63,060 nucleotides of DNA from Planctomycetota bacterium (GCA_947501605.1 CANMWZ010000024.1:1-63060); one strand, 5' to 3'; counted from the stretch's first letter, positions 48,965 to 59,323 are shown. A program made the numbers and translations. Notes: generated by a model from the letters alone, not told the origin.

Positions 48965-49710
48965 GCTGGCACTCCGTTGGCTTTGCCGCGCTCGGTTTCC
49001 GTCAGGCTCTCGATCACGCCATCCTTGAGCCAGAGCACGCGATCGGCGCGTTCGGCGACCTTTGGGTTGTGGGTAACGATGACAATGGTCACGCCCTCTT
49101 GGCGCAGTTCGTCGAGCAGGTCGAGGATCTCACGCTCGGTGTTGCTGTCGAGGTTGCCGGTCGCTTCGTCCGCGAGCAGGAACAAGGGGTCGTTCATCAG
49201 CGCTCGGGCGATGGCAACGCGCTGTTGCTGGCCACCGGACAGCTCCATCGGCTTGTGCAGCAGACGACCACCAAGGCCCACTCGGTCGGCGAGCTTCTCG
49301 GCCTTCTTGCGCGACTCCGGGCCCACCCGGTTCTGGTAGAACAGCGGCACTTCGAGGTTCTCCAGGACCGTCAACTGCGGGATCAGGTTGAACGACTGGA
49401 AGATGAATCCCAGCTCCTGTCCACGCACATCGGAGAGCGCGTCGTCATCGAGCTGCGAGACATCGCGGCCGCCGACGAGGTAGTGGCCACTGGTTGGGCG
49501 GTCGAGACAGCCAAGGATGTTGAGCATGGTGCTCTTGCCCGAACCCGAGCGTCCCATGATCGCCAGGTAGTCGCCGGCGTGAACCTGCACCGACACCCCG
49601 TTCAGTGCCTTCACGACATTGTCGCCCATCTTGTAGTGACGATGGACCTCACGGAACTCAGCGATGACACGCCGCGTGTCGGCCGCGATTGGCTCGGGGT
49701 TGGGCTGCAT
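48961..49710 (-). CDS. ABC ATP-binding protein (MacB/LolD family)
   Basis: [43 protein letters not shown]. Confidence 0.95.
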   Translation of the reverse strand: MQPNPEPIAADTRRVIAEFREVHRHYKMGDNVVKALNGVSVQVHAGDYLAIMGRSGSGKSTMLNILGCLDRPTSGHYLVGGRDVSQLDDDALSDVRGQELGFIFQSFNLIPQLTVLENLEVPLFYQNRVGPESRKKAEKLADRVGLGGRLLHKPMELSGGQQQRVAIARALMNDPLFLLADEATGNLDSNTEREILDLLDELRQEGVTIVIVTHNPKVAERADRVLWLKDGVIESLTETERGKANGVPA

Positions 49711-49713
49711 GAC

Positions 49714-51942
49714 TCAGCGATTGCTTTCCGTCGGGGCGCCGCCGCCCGGGGCCCCGCCACCAGGGGCGCCACCGCGTCCGCCCATCATGCTGCGCATCTG
49801 CTGGCGCATCGCCTCGTACTTGGTCCAGGTTTCACCGAGACCCTGCACCGCGGCCAGCACGGCCGGCTCTTCGAGCATTGCCGACAGCGATCGGCGGTTG
49901 TCGATCTCTTCGTGGCGATCGGGGAACTTGTTCTTCAAGAAGGTCTGGATCTCGCTGCCGAGTTGGCGGTAGTCCGCCATCTGGGCCTGCAACTCCGGCG
50001 TCATGCTCGGCATGCCGCCGCCGCTGCCACGGCTGCCTCGCCGATCCACGGCTGTGCCTTCGGCCGTAGCGGTCCCGCCGGCTTGCGTCGGGGGTGTTGG
50101 TGTTGCGCCGCTATCGGTTGCGGGCCTGCTCGTGGACGGCACTTCGGGCATCGGCACCGCGGGCTGTGGCAAGCTGGGAGGCTGCACGCTCGGCGGCAGG
50201 GTGAGGTAGACGACGTCGCCGACGTCGAGGCCCTTGGTGATCACCACGTGTTCGGAGTTGTGCTGGCCGATCTCCACGGGCGCGGCTACCGGACCATTGG
50301 GTCCGCGTTTCCAGACGTAGTTGGCCGAGCGATCGCGACGCACGGCCTGCAGCGGCACGGCGAGAACGTCCTTGAGGTGGTCGACAAGGATCGTGACTGC
50401 TCCGGCCATGCGCGAGCGCAGCATGCCGCCGGTGTTCTCGCCGTCGAGTTCGACGACTGCGGTGTAGACCTTGCGATCGCTGTTCATCCAGCCGTTGTTG
50501 CTGTCGGCCTGCTGCGCGATTCGGATCACGTGGCCAGCGAACGACCGATCGGGGAAGGCTTCGATGTCGAGGTGCGCGTTTTGGCCGGTGCGAACCTGAC
50601 TGACGACGGCTTCCTGGACCTTGACCAAGGCCTGCATGCGCGTGGTGTCAGGGAGCACGATGAGATCCTGGCGATCGCGGACTTGGATGCCTTCGCGGAT
50701 CGCTTCCGAACCTGAGCGACCGCGTTCTTGGCGGGCGTAGATGACGAGGCCAGGCGTTGGGGCGTAGACGATGGCGTTCTTGATCTGGCGCTCCAGGTTG
50801 TCGAGGCGGTCCTTGGCCAGTTGGTACTCGGCGAGCGCACTCTTCAGGGAACTGTCCGCCTTGGTGACTTCGGCTTCGTTGGTCGCCAGCACGCGTGCGA
50901 GTTCGAGACGCGCGTTGTCGACATCCTGCGTCAGCTTCTCCTTCACCTTGAACAGTTCGTAGCTGACCAGAAGGTCGAGGTCGTTCCAGGAGAGGCCCAC
51001 TTGCGAGAGTCGCCGTTGGAACTCGATTTCGTCCTTCTCCAGCTCGTTCTCGGTGATGAACTTCTTGTTGGCGAGCCGGCGACTGTGGCCGAGGTAGGTC
51101 TCCTGGAACTTCAGGTCAGCCATCGCCAGTCGGATCTTGTCGACCTGCTGGAGGACTTTGTTGGACAGGTCGCCCATGTCGCGGCCGACTGCATTGTTGC
51201 CATCGGCGTCGACCAGCAACTCGTTCACCTTCCCGACCAACGGGGCATAGCGTCGCGGGTCGATCTGGCTGATTGCGCTGCGGTTCTCCGCCGCCGCCAG
51301 GGTGGCCGCATCCGTCGCTGCGAGCACCGCCTTCGTGTCGGCGCCGCTGTCCACACTGGGCTCGCGCGCGTCGTTCTTCACTGCTTCCGTGGCAGCGCTG
51401 GCCAGAGGCGTCGAGACCAAGTCCGACAGCTTCTTGACCATGTCGGAGTTGCGGCCGCGAGCCGGATCGGCAGTGTTGGCGGCAATGCGACCGAGGAACT
51501 TCTCGAGTTCCATCTCCGCGATGCGCAGGTTGCTCTCGGCGGTGCGGCGCTTGGCCGTCAGTTCCTTCTGCTGAATCTCGAGGGCCTTCGTGGCCTGCGC
51601 GAGACTGGCTTCGGCCTTGGCGACGGTGATCCCCTGGTTGGCGCGCTTGTCGACCAACTCGCTGGCGTCGAGTTCCACCAGCTTCTCGCCCTGCGCTACG
51701 ACTCGACCCTCTTCGATCAAGAAGATGATCGTCGCTTGTCCTTCGACTTCGGAGCGCACGACCGTCTCGCGCTGGGCTTGTAGTTCCGCGTTCTCCTTGA
51801 CGGTGATCTGCAGATCGCGCCGTTCGACGGTCAGCAGGCTCGGGTCCTGGCCGGTGGTGGTGGCCTCGCCGCTGCACGAGGCCAGGGCAAAGAGGGTTGC
51901 TAGGGCCGCGACTGGCTGGTGCATGTAGTTCATCGTCGTCAT
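49714..51942 (-). CDS. periplasmic adaptor (HlyD/MacA-like) lipoprotein, unusually long
   Basis: Lipobox LASC, IEEG..V.QGEKLVELD, long coiled coil, YAPTPGLV, V.IG.HN...V.I.KGL..GD.V, Pro/Gly-rich tail. Confidence 0.88.
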   Translation of the reverse strand: MTTMNYMHQPVAALATLFALASCSGEATTTGQDPSLLTVERRDLQITVKENAELQAQRETVVRSEVEGQATIIFLIEEGRVVAQGEKLVELDASELVDKRANQGITVAKAEASLAQATKALEIQQKELTAKRRTAESNLRIAEMELEKFLGRIAANTADPARGRNSDMVKKLSDLVSTPLASAATEAVKNDAREPSVDSGADTKAVLAATDAATLAAAENRSAISQIDPRRYAPLVGKVNELLVDADGNNAVGRDMGDLSNKVLQQVDKIRLAMADLKFQETYLGHSRRLANKKFITENELEKDEIEFQRRLSQVGLSWNDLDLLVSYELFKVKEKLTQDVDNARLELARVLATNEAEVTKADSSLKSALAEYQLAKDRLDNLERQIKNAIVYAPTPGLVIYARQERGRSGSEAIREGIQVRDRQDLIVLPDTTRMQALVKVQEAVVSQVRTGQNAHLDIEAFPDRSFAGHVIRIAQQADSNNGWMNSDRKVYTAVVELDGENTGGMLRSRMAGAVTILVDHLKDVLAVPLQAVRRDRSANYVWKRGPNGPVAAPVEIGQHNSEHVVITKGLDVGDVVYLTLPPSVQPPSLPQPAVPMPEVPSTSRPATDSGATPTPPTQAGGTATAEGTAVDRRGSRGSGGGMPSMTPELQAQMADYRQLGSEIQTFLKNKFPDRHEEIDNRRSLSAMLEEPAVLAAVQGLGETWTKYEAMRQQMRSMMGGRGGAPGGGAPGGGAPTESNR

Positions 51943-53558
51943 TCAGCGGTGCGTGGTGCGGGAACGTCCAGAGCGGGGTCGAAACGCAGGCCTTGCGACT
52001 CGAACAGCAGTCCTTCGAGGTCTCGCATCAGTTCGATGCGGGCGATCGAGTAGTCGACGATTGCGGCAGTCTGGCTGAGTTGGGCCAGCAGCAGCGAGTC
52101 CTTGGCGTCGAGCACGTCGAGCGCATTCGTGCGGCCGGCGGAGTAGAGCTCCGTCGTGCTCTCAACGCGCAACTCGGCGACCTTCAGGGCATCGACCTGG
52201 ATCGTGTAGCTGTCGAACGCTGCCTGGATGTTGCGCAAGGCGGCGCGGATCTGGCCGCCGATGCTGTCTTGGCTCTGCTCGCGGGCGCGGATCTGCACAT
52301 CCAGCGTGATGAGCGACGAGCGATAGTTGTTGCGCTCGAGGTAGCGGTTGAGGGCAAGGTCGAGGCGGAAACCCGGCGACCACTGCACGTTCGACCAATC
52401 TGGCTCGATGCTGTTGCCGCCCACCGACGGGACCGAGAACGAACCGGTGAAATCGAGTCCCATGCGCAACGCGTCCTCGGCGACAGCGACTTTGCGCGCG
52501 GCGTCGGCGACTTGGTCGAGCACGGTCCGGTGGTCGTAGCGGCGGTCGAGCGCCAGTCCGACGGCGGTCGACTCATCGATGCTCAAGGCCAAGACGCCGC
52601 GCTTCACCAGCTCGGCCAACTCGTTGGCATCGAGCGACACCTGTGCCGTCACCGGCAGACCGAGCGTCAACTTGAACTGGTCCAGCGCGGTCGCCAGCTG
52701 GTTCTTGGCGCGCACGCGGTTGTTGCTGGCAGTGAGTTCGCTCTGCCGTTCGCGGCCGAGATCGCTGATGGTCTTGCGAGTAGCGTTGAACTCCTCCTCG
52801 GTGCGTTCGCGCGAGGTGCGGACCGACAGGTAGTTGGCCTCGACGTTGTCGAGGTTGCGCATCTGCTGCACCACGCCGTAGTAGGCGCTCACGATCTGCG
52901 TCGCGAACGTGGCGCGGAACCGCTCGAACGTCCGCATCTGGTAGATGACGTTGCGTTCGGCTTGCGTGAGCGGTTCGCGTGCGATGCGTTGACCCGAGCC
53001 GCGCAACAGCGGTTGCGTCACTGTGAGATTGAGGATCGAGCTGCCGTCGAACGCATCGCCCTCGATCACCGAGCGCAGGAACGTGTCGACAAAGCTGGCG
53101 ACGAGCGACGTGCCCGAGGTCGAATCGACGGCCGCGCCAAGATTGGAGCCGACCGACAGGTCCGCCCGTGAGTCGCTACCCTGGCCGTTGATCCCGACGT
53201 CGATCACGCCCGCGTAGCGAACCTCGAAGTCCCGGTGCACGCGGGTGAGGTCGAGGGCGGCCAAGTAGAGCTGTTCCTTCTGGCGCTGGAACTCGCGGCT
53301 GTTCTCCGCGGCGACGTCGAGGGCCTGCAACAGCGTCAGCTCGACGGGCTCGGGCGTGTCGAGCAATCGCTGGCGCAAGGTGTCGACCGGCCGCACGATC
53401 GGCATGGACTTCTTCTGACCGGTGACCTGTTCGGCGGCCTCCTCGAGGATCGGGTAGATCCGGCTGTCGACTTCGTCCTTGCTGCCGGCCGCTGACCAGC
53501 AGCCGGCGAGCAGGAGGGTGACGAGCGGCGTGGAGAAGGGGAGGTGACAACGCATCAT
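51939..53558 (-). CDS. TolC family outer-membrane efflux lipoprotein
   Basis: Lipobox LLAGC, LTLLQAL..A.ENSRE, QPLLRG, ALDVLDAKDSL. First gene of the exporter operon. Confidence 0.9.
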   Translation of the reverse strand: MMRCHLPFSTPLVTLLLAGCWSAAGSKDEVDSRIYPILEEAAEQVTGQKKSMPIVRPVDTLRQRLLDTPEPVELTLLQALDVAAENSREFQRQKEQLYLAALDLTRVHRDFEVRYAGVIDVGINGQGSDSRADLSVGSNLGAAVDSTSGTSLVASFVDTFLRSVIEGDAFDGSSILNLTVTQPLLRGSGQRIAREPLTQAERNVIYQMRTFERFRATFATQIVSAYYGVVQQMRNLDNVEANYLSVRTSRERTEEEFNATRKTISDLGRERQSELTASNNRVRAKNQLATALDQFKLTLGLPVTAQVSLDANELAELVKRGVLALSIDESTAVGLALDRRYDHRTVLDQVADAARKVAVAEDALRMGLDFTGSFSVPSVGGNSIEPDWSNVQWSPGFRLDLALNRYLERNNYRSSLITLDVQIRAREQSQDSIGGQIRAALRNIQAAFDSYTIQVDALKVAELRVESTTELYSAGRTNALDVLDAKDSLLLAQLSQTAAIVDYSIARIELMRDLEGLLFESQGLRFDPALDVPAPRTAE

Positions 53559-53712
53559 GGCGATCGGGGGGAGCTGCCTAGCCACAAGTTGGGCGGGCAT
53601 TTACGGCTGGACTCGATCACTTGGCCAACTGTTTTTTCTCGTGCGGCATGGAGCAGCGCTTAGCATCTCCGCCCTGGTTGGCGGTTTGGCTACTGGTTTG
53701 GTTCCAGGGGGC

Positions 53713-54378
53713 ATGGTTTCCATCTTGATCACCGCGGGTCCAACTCGCGAGTACCTCGATGACGTTCGATTCTTGTCGAACGGCAGCACGGGGCGCATGG
53801 GGTTCGCCCTGGCCGAGGCGGCGATGCAACAAGGTCACGAGCCCGTGCTTGTTCTCGGGCCAGTCGAATCGACCCCGCCGCAGGGCGTGCGGGTTTTGCC
53901 CGTGACGTCGGCGCTCGAGATGCGCGATGCGGCGGAGCGATGCTTCGCCCAGTGCCAAGTTGCGATCGCCGCGGCGGCCGTCGCGGACTGGCGACCGGCC
54001 CATCGGAACCCTGGCAAGCCGAGCCGTCAGGGCGCTCCGGTCGGGGTCGAACGGCTCGAACTGGTACTGAATCCTGACATCGTTGCGGGCCTTGCGGACC
54101 ACAAAGGCGACCGCGTCGTCGTCGGATTTGCCCTCGAGTCTGCTGCGGCCTCGATGGATCAGGCGGTCGCGCGTGGGCGGGACAAGCTGCAGCGCAAGCA
54201 GCTCGACCTGTGCATTTGCAACCGCTCTGACGCGATCGGTAGCGCTGCCAGCGAGACCGTCCTGCTGTTCTCGGACGGAAGTCGCCGCGACTTCGGTCCG
54301 CAGGACAAGTCGGTGACTGCGGCGGCGATCGTCCGCATCGCCGTTTCCCTTTACGAGCAGCGGCAGAGGTCCTCGTGA
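53713..54378 (+). CDS. coaB: phosphopantothenate--cysteine ligase (stand-alone CoaB half of CoaBC)
   Basis: LITAGPTREYLDDVRFLSN.STG.MG, AAAVADW, NPDIV, VGFALES. No flavoprotein CoaC domain. Confidence 0.9.
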   Translation: MVSILITAGPTREYLDDVRFLSNGSTGRMGFALAEAAMQQGHEPVLVLGPVESTPPQGVRVLPVTSALEMRDAAERCFAQCQVAIAAAAVADWRPAHRNPGKPSRQGAPVGVERLELVLNPDIVAGLADHKGDRVVVGFALESAAASMDQAVARGRDKLQRKQLDLCICNRSDAIGSAASETVLLFSDGSRRDFGPQDKSVTAAAIVRIAVSLYEQRQRSS

Positions 54379-54466
54379 CCCTGCGCCGCCGCCTACATCC
54401 GGGCCCGGTGCGAAGGCGCAACTGGGCCATCGATACCAGCATCGAGCAACTGCAACTGGGGGCCCC

Positions 54467-57196
54467 GTGGGCAAGAGCAAGAGCACCAAGTTCGTTCCGG
54501 TAGAACAGGCGCCGACAGGTCACATGTCGGACGGCGCTCGCGAGTTGGTCGCGCTGCTGTTGTCCGGCCTCGCCCTGTACTCGCTGTTGTGTCTGGCGAC
54601 GTTTCACACCGCAGACCTCGACCAGCCAATCCCGGTCGGCGGAGGTCGCAACCTCGGCGGTACCTTCGGCTACTACCTGGCTGGCGGTTTCACCTATGTG
54701 CTGGGCTACGCCTCGGTGGTGCCGTTCCTGGCATTGCTCGGCTGTGCCATTGCGTTGTTTCTCCATCGCACCGTGGAGCGCGTGTGGTTGAAGTCGATCG
54801 GCGCCCTGACGTTTGCCGCGATGCTCTCGCTGCTCCTGGCGGCGCCAACTGGCCACGGCAGCATGGGCGCAGCACTCGGCTACACCGCAATGACGCCGCA
54901 GGGTCCTGGTGGCGCGTTCGGAGCCAATCTGTCGCCGCGGCTCTTCGACGTGTTCGGCGGTCCCGGGCGCGTGCTGTTGCTGGCGTTTGGTGCGCTGCTG
55001 TCACTGCTGGTGGCCACGGAGTGGATGTTCTCGCAAATGCTGATGCGCGCAGTGGCGACGCTGCGGCGATCTGTCGCTCGGCTGCGGCAGCGTCGACCGG
55101 CCTTGGCCTGGGGTGTGTCGGGGGCGATGGACGCCGAGGACGAAGTTGCGAAGCAGCCGGTTCGGACCAAGCCAGCGGCTCCGCCATCCCGCAAGCCAGG
55201 GACCAAGGTGGTCGCCCCCGCTATCGACGATGATGAGGACGCCGAGGATGCACTCGGCGACGGCGACAAGGAGCGCGATGACAATGCCGCCGCCGTCTTG
55301 CCCGCGTTGCGTCCGAAGCGGGGCAAGCAGAAGCCGCCGTTTTCAGAGGTCGACGACGAGGATCTCGACGACGAGCCAGTCGACGCATCGGGTGCGGCCA
55401 AGAAAGGCAAGCCGGCGGACAGCGCCAAGGCCGACTCGGGCAAGGCCAGTCCGCAGAAGGCCACAACCGCCAAGGCGCCCGCCAACGACGAGGCCGAGCA
55501 GCCGCCGCGTCCGCTGGAGCCGCCCAAAATCGTGGTCCCGATCTCGCGGCCAAAGATCGTCAAGGCGCCGCCAAAGCCGAAGCCCGTGGCGCAGAGCGAC
55601 CTGCCATTCGACGCGGCCTACCCCTATCCACCGGTCGAGCTGTTTCGCGAAGCCGAGACTTCCGACGTCGGTGCGACCGCTGACCAACTGCAGAAGGGCG
55701 GTGAAGCGATTGCGGCGAAGCTGCGGAGCTTTGGCATCGAATCCCAGGTCGTCGCGGCTTCGATCGGCCCCGCCGTTACGCAGTATGAGCTGCGCCTTGC
55801 CGACGGGATTCGCGTCAACAAGGTCGCCGGCTACTCCGACGACTTGGCGGCGGCACTCAAAGCGTTCTCGGTGCGCGTGGTCGCACCGATTCCGGGCAAG
55901 GACACGATCGGCATCGAGGTGCCGAATGCGACGCGGCAGAAGGTCTTCATGCGCGACCTCCTCGAGCAGTTTGGCCGGTCGGAAGACCTCGCGGTGCCGC
56001 TGTATCTGGGCAAGGATGTCGCTGGCAATCCGATCGTCGAGGATCTGGCGCGAATGCCGCATCTTCTGATCGCCGGCACGACCGGCTCGGGCAAGTCGGT
56101 GTGCATCAACGCGATCCTGTTGTCGATCCTGATGACGCGCACGCCAGAACAGGTCAAGCTGATCCTGGTCGATCCCAAGATGGTCGAGTTGCAGGCCTAC
56201 AAGCAGGTGCCCCATCTCTGCTGCGAGGTCGTCACCAACATGAAGAAGGCGCCGGCGGTGCTCCAGTGGGCCGTCGACGAGATGGAGAACCGCTACACGA
56301 TGTTGTCAGCTGCGGGCGTCAACCACATCAAGAGCTACAACCGCCTCGGTCAGCAAGAACTAGAGAAGCGGATGAAGCGTGAGGTCGAGCCCGATCGCAT
56401 CCAGTTGCCGTACATCGTTATCGTGATCGACGAGTTCGCTGACCTGATGAACGTGGCGCAGAGCGAGGTGGAAGAGTCCATCCAGCGCCTCGCACAGAAG
56501 TCCCGCGCCGTCGGGATGCACGTCATCCTGGCGACGCAGCGACCGAGCAGTGAGGTCATCACCGGCATCATCAAGGCCAACTTGCCCTGCCAGATCGCCT
56601 TCAAGGTGAACCGCAAGATCGACTCGCGGGTCATTCTCGACAGCAACGGCGCCGAGAAGCTCCTGGGGCATGGTGACATGCTCTACGTGCCACCAGGCGG
56701 CGGCGCGATGACGCGCGCGCAGGGTGCCTTCGTCAGCGATGACGAAATGCAGTCGGTGGTCCAGTTCCTGGAAGAGCACGGCCAGCGGCCGGACTTCCTG
56801 CCGGACTTGGTCCAGACGCAGTCCACGCACAACAAGGGCATGGAGCATCGCGATGAGCTCTACCGCAAGGCGGTCGAGGTGATCCTCGGCCAGCAGCGCG
56901 GGTCGGCGACGTTGCTGCAGCGCGCGCTCGGGGTCGGCTACACCCGTGCGACCCGCCTGCTCGAGATGATGGAAGAAGACGGTCTCGTTGGCGCGTTCGC
57001 CGGCAGCAAGTCGCGCGAGGTGTTGATGACGTTCGAGGAGTACTTGGCGCGAGAGGTCGCGATCGCCGAGGAAACCGCGAACCGTGAAGCGGGTGAGGGT
57101 GGCGATGCAGGGTCCGTTCTCGCCGAGGGGCCCGGTGCAGAGGCCGCAGCTTCGGACTTGCATGACGACGACGCCGGGGTCTCGCCGACGGCGTGA
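54467..57196 (+). CDS. ftsK: DNA translocase FtsK
   Basis: N-terminal TM domain, linker, alpha domain, PHLLIAGTTGSGKS, IDEFADLM, LATQRPS, GAEKLLG.GDML, gamma domain LLQRALGVGYTRATRL. Confidence 0.97.
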   Translation: MGKSKSTKFVPVEQAPTGHMSDGARELVALLLSGLALYSLLCLATFHTADLDQPIPVGGGRNLGGTFGYYLAGGFTYVLGYASVVPFLALLGCAIALFLHRTVERVWLKSIGALTFAAMLSLLLAAPTGHGSMGAALGYTAMTPQGPGGAFGANLSPRLFDVFGGPGRVLLLAFGALLSLLVATEWMFSQMLMRAVATLRRSVARLRQRRPALAWGVSGAMDAEDEVAKQPVRTKPAAPPSRKPGTKVVAPAIDDDEDAEDALGDGDKERDDNAAAVLPALRPKRGKQKPPFSEVDDEDLDDEPVDASGAAKKGKPADSAKADSGKASPQKATTAKAPANDEAEQPPRPLEPPKIVVPISRPKIVKAPPKPKPVAQSDLPFDAAYPYPPVELFREAETSDVGATADQLQKGGEAIAAKLRSFGIESQVVAASIGPAVTQYELRLADGIRVNKVAGYSDDLAAALKAFSVRVVAPIPGKDTIGIEVPNATRQKVFMRDLLEQFGRSEDLAVPLYLGKDVAGNPIVEDLARMPHLLIAGTTGSGKSVCINAILLSILMTRTPEQVKLILVDPKMVELQAYKQVPHLCCEVVTNMKKAPAVLQWAVDEMENRYTMLSAAGVNHIKSYNRLGQQELEKRMKREVEPDRIQLPYIVIVIDEFADLMNVAQSEVEESIQRLAQKSRAVGMHVILATQRPSSEVITGIIKANLPCQIAFKVNRKIDSRVILDSNGAEKLLGHGDMLYVPPGGGAMTRAQGAFVSDDEMQSVVQFLEEHGQRPDFLPDLVQTQSTHNKGMEHRDELYRKAVEVILGQQRGSATLLQRALGVGYTRATRLLEMMEEDGLVGAFAGSKSREVLMTFEEYLAREVAIAEETANREAGEGGDAGSVLAEGPGAEAAASDLHDDDAGVSPTA

Positions 57197-57307
57197 GAAG
57201 TCGGCGGCCCATGCATCGAAGTGCAAAGTTGTCCACCGCTGCGGTCCGCGCGCGCGTGCGGAAATGCGTCGTAGGTGGCAAAACTCGCGTGCGCAGCGCC
57301 TTGAGGC

Positions 57308-57323
57308 TGGCACGTCATCTGCT
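57308..57323 (+). promoter_or_regulatory. sigma54 (-24/-12) promoter of the FtsK-like gene
   Basis: TGGCACG-TCAT-CTGCT has the invariant GG and GC at the correct spacing, 47 bp before ATG 57371. SD AGGGAGGG follows. Confidence 0.7.
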
Positions 57324-57370
57324 TAGATTGCGCGCTACCTAGAGTCCTAGCCGGGCTCAGGGAGGGCCTG

Positions 57371-59323
57371 ATGACCGTGAACAGCCTCGCCGGTGCGTCC
57401 GTCGATGTCCGCCTGCGCCGTGCCGTTTGGTATGCGCCGCTGGTGCCGATCGCAATTTCGATCTTCGCCGTCTCGGCGTTGGTGTCTTACCACCTCCGTG
57501 CAGGCGCCATCATGGAAGCGCGCACGGTGGCGCAGAGCTTCATCATCGGCATCTACCAGTTTCTGGGCTGGGTGCCGTCCTGCATGTTCTTCGGCCTCGT
57601 GCTGGCCTGGAGTTCGATCTGGTGGGTTGCCGGTTCGATCGAAGCCCCCGGCAAGAAGTTGGCGCGCGTGTTTGCGTTGACGCTGGCGCTGGCGGTCTTC
57701 GGCAATCTTGATGAGCCGGGTCTGCACACCGGGGCGCTCGGTGCGTTCCTGGGCGGTGGCCTGGTCAGCATCTTCGGTTCGTTCCTCAGTCACCTGCTGT
57801 TGGCACCGCTGACGTTCTTCGCGCTGCTGCTGGCGACGGACTACTTCTGGATGAGCTTCTTCGAGCGTCGAGCCTTCGAGCGCGCGATTCCACCAACCCA
57901 AGTCGCAGCGGCGGGGTGGCACACCAGCCAGGACGTCGGCGTCGAGGCCGATGTCACGGAAGAGTTCAAGTCCTTGGCGCGGTTGATGCCGGCGACCGGG
58001 CCCCTACAAGGCGAAGCCCCTCACTACCCGCCGCAGGATGTCGAGCAGGCGCTCGATCGCTTTTTTGACGGCGGTGAGGCCGCAGCCGTTGCCGCAGAAG
58101 CTGCGTGGACGGCCGCGCTCGAGATCGAGGCCGAGGATGCCGCGAACCCGATCGACCAGCGCGCCGATCAGGCTGCCGTCGGCGGTGAACCGGAGGAATG
58201 GTCGAGGTTGTCGTACTTCGAGCGACGGCAGTTGCGCGCCGAACGCGACGCGCAGCGGGCGCCAGCCCTGAACGCTGCGGTCGACGACATGGATCGCGCC
58301 GCTGTCGTGCCGCAGTCAGTGGAAGAGGCGGCGCCGTCCGTCGCGATCCTGTCGGACTTCGACCGCAAGGAGATCGAGAACGCCATCGATTCGGGGGCGG
58401 CAGCGGAAGCGGACTACGCGTTGCCGCGTCCTGTCGCGAGCGGTAGCGCGGCGGGCACTTCGGATCCTGTCCCGAGCCAGGCTCCAACTCTCGATGACGA
58501 CGAGTTCAGCGTGGCGGCGGCGGAGCTGAACAGCGTTGCGATTCAACCAAGCTACCCGCCCGCTCTCCGTGAGTCTGCGGCGGCGTCCCTCGACGAGGCG
58601 GCGTCGGAAGATGCGGCGGCTACGAACGCCGCGAGCTTGGTGGCTGCGGGCGACGACGTGGTCCGCGTTCCCGTGCTCGATGAGTCGTCGCTGCGCCAAG
58701 CTCTCGGATTCGCTACGGATGCCGAGGCTGTTGCCGAATCGGCGGCCGGCGAATCGGATCCCGACGCATCGGAGAGCAGCGATGGCGTGGCTCCAGACGA
58801 CGGCGGTGCGACGGAACCCGTTCGCTACGAAGTCCACACCGAGCCACTGTTCGCGACTCCGGCGGCTGCCTTCGAGGTCGAGGAGGGTGCGGACGAGGAT
58901 GCCGACGAGCCTGCCAGCGGGATCGATCCGGATGCCGCGCCGGAGAATCTTGTGCGTCTCGAGCGCCCGCGAGGGTTCCTGGCTCCGGTGGTGGCCTACG
59001 ATAGCGAAGAGGTCACGCATGCGTCCGCGGCCGCTGCAGCCGACGATGACGACGGTGTGGCTTTTGACCATGAGCGTCTGGTTGCGATCCCGCGGCCGCT
59101 GGAAAGTCCGCGCCAGCAGAGTCTGTTCGTGACTACTCTCGATGACTCGTTGGTCCGCGAGGCCGTCGAGATGCTCACGTCCACACGGCGCGCAAGTGCA
59201 GCAATGCTCCAGCGCAAACTGCGGATCGACTACAGCCAGGCGATGGAGCTCCTGGCCTTGCTGGCACACCGAGGAATGCTCGAACTTGCAGGCGACGGCA
59301 CGCAGGGCCGCGTCGTCACCTAA
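57371..59323 (+). CDS. FtsK-like protein: membrane domain + acidic linker + gamma domain, no ATPase motor
   Basis: N-terminus resembles the FtsK TM region (GALGAFLGGGLVSIFG...LLLATD). C-terminus DSLVREAVEML...RASAAMLQRKLRIDYSQAMELL aligns to the gamma domain. No Walker A/B. Confidence 0.85.
   Translation: MTVNSLAGASVDVRLRRAVWYAPLVPIAISIFAVSALVSYHLRAGAIMEARTVAQSFIIGIYQFLGWVPSCMFFGLVLAWSSIWWVAGSIEAPGKKLARVFALTLALAVFGNLDEPGLHTGALGAFLGGGLVSIFGSFLSHLLLAPLTFFALLLATDYFWMSFFERRAFERAIPPTQVAAAGWHTSQDVGVEADVTEEFKSLARLMPATGPLQGEAPHYPPQDVEQALDRFFDGGEAAAVAAEAAWTAALEIEAEDAANPIDQRADQAAVGGEPEEWSRLSYFERRQLRAERDAQRAPALNAAVDDMDRAAVVPQSVEEAAPSVAILSDFDRKEIENAIDSGAAAEADYALPRPVASGSAAGTSDPVPSQAPTLDDDEFSVAAAELNSVAIQPSYPPALRESAAASLDEAASEDAAATNAASLVAAGDDVVRVPVLDESSLRQALGFATDAEAVAESAAGESDPDASESSDGVAPDDGGATEPVRYEVHTEPLFATPAAAFEVEEGADEDADEPASGIDPDAAPENLVRLERPRGFLAPVVAYDSEEVTHASAAAAADDDDGVAFDHERLVAIPRPLESPRQQSLFVTTLDDSLVREAVEMLTSTRRASAAMLQRKLRIDYSQAMELLALLAHRGMLELAGDGTQGRVVT

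Noticed and set aside
53713..54378. Truncated coaBC pseudogene
   Set aside because: The ligase domain is complete, and stand-alone CoaB proteins are known.
57371..59323. Frameshifted ftsK pseudogene
   Set aside because: It is a single uninterrupted ORF with SD and promoter, and I see no Walker motifs in the other frames.
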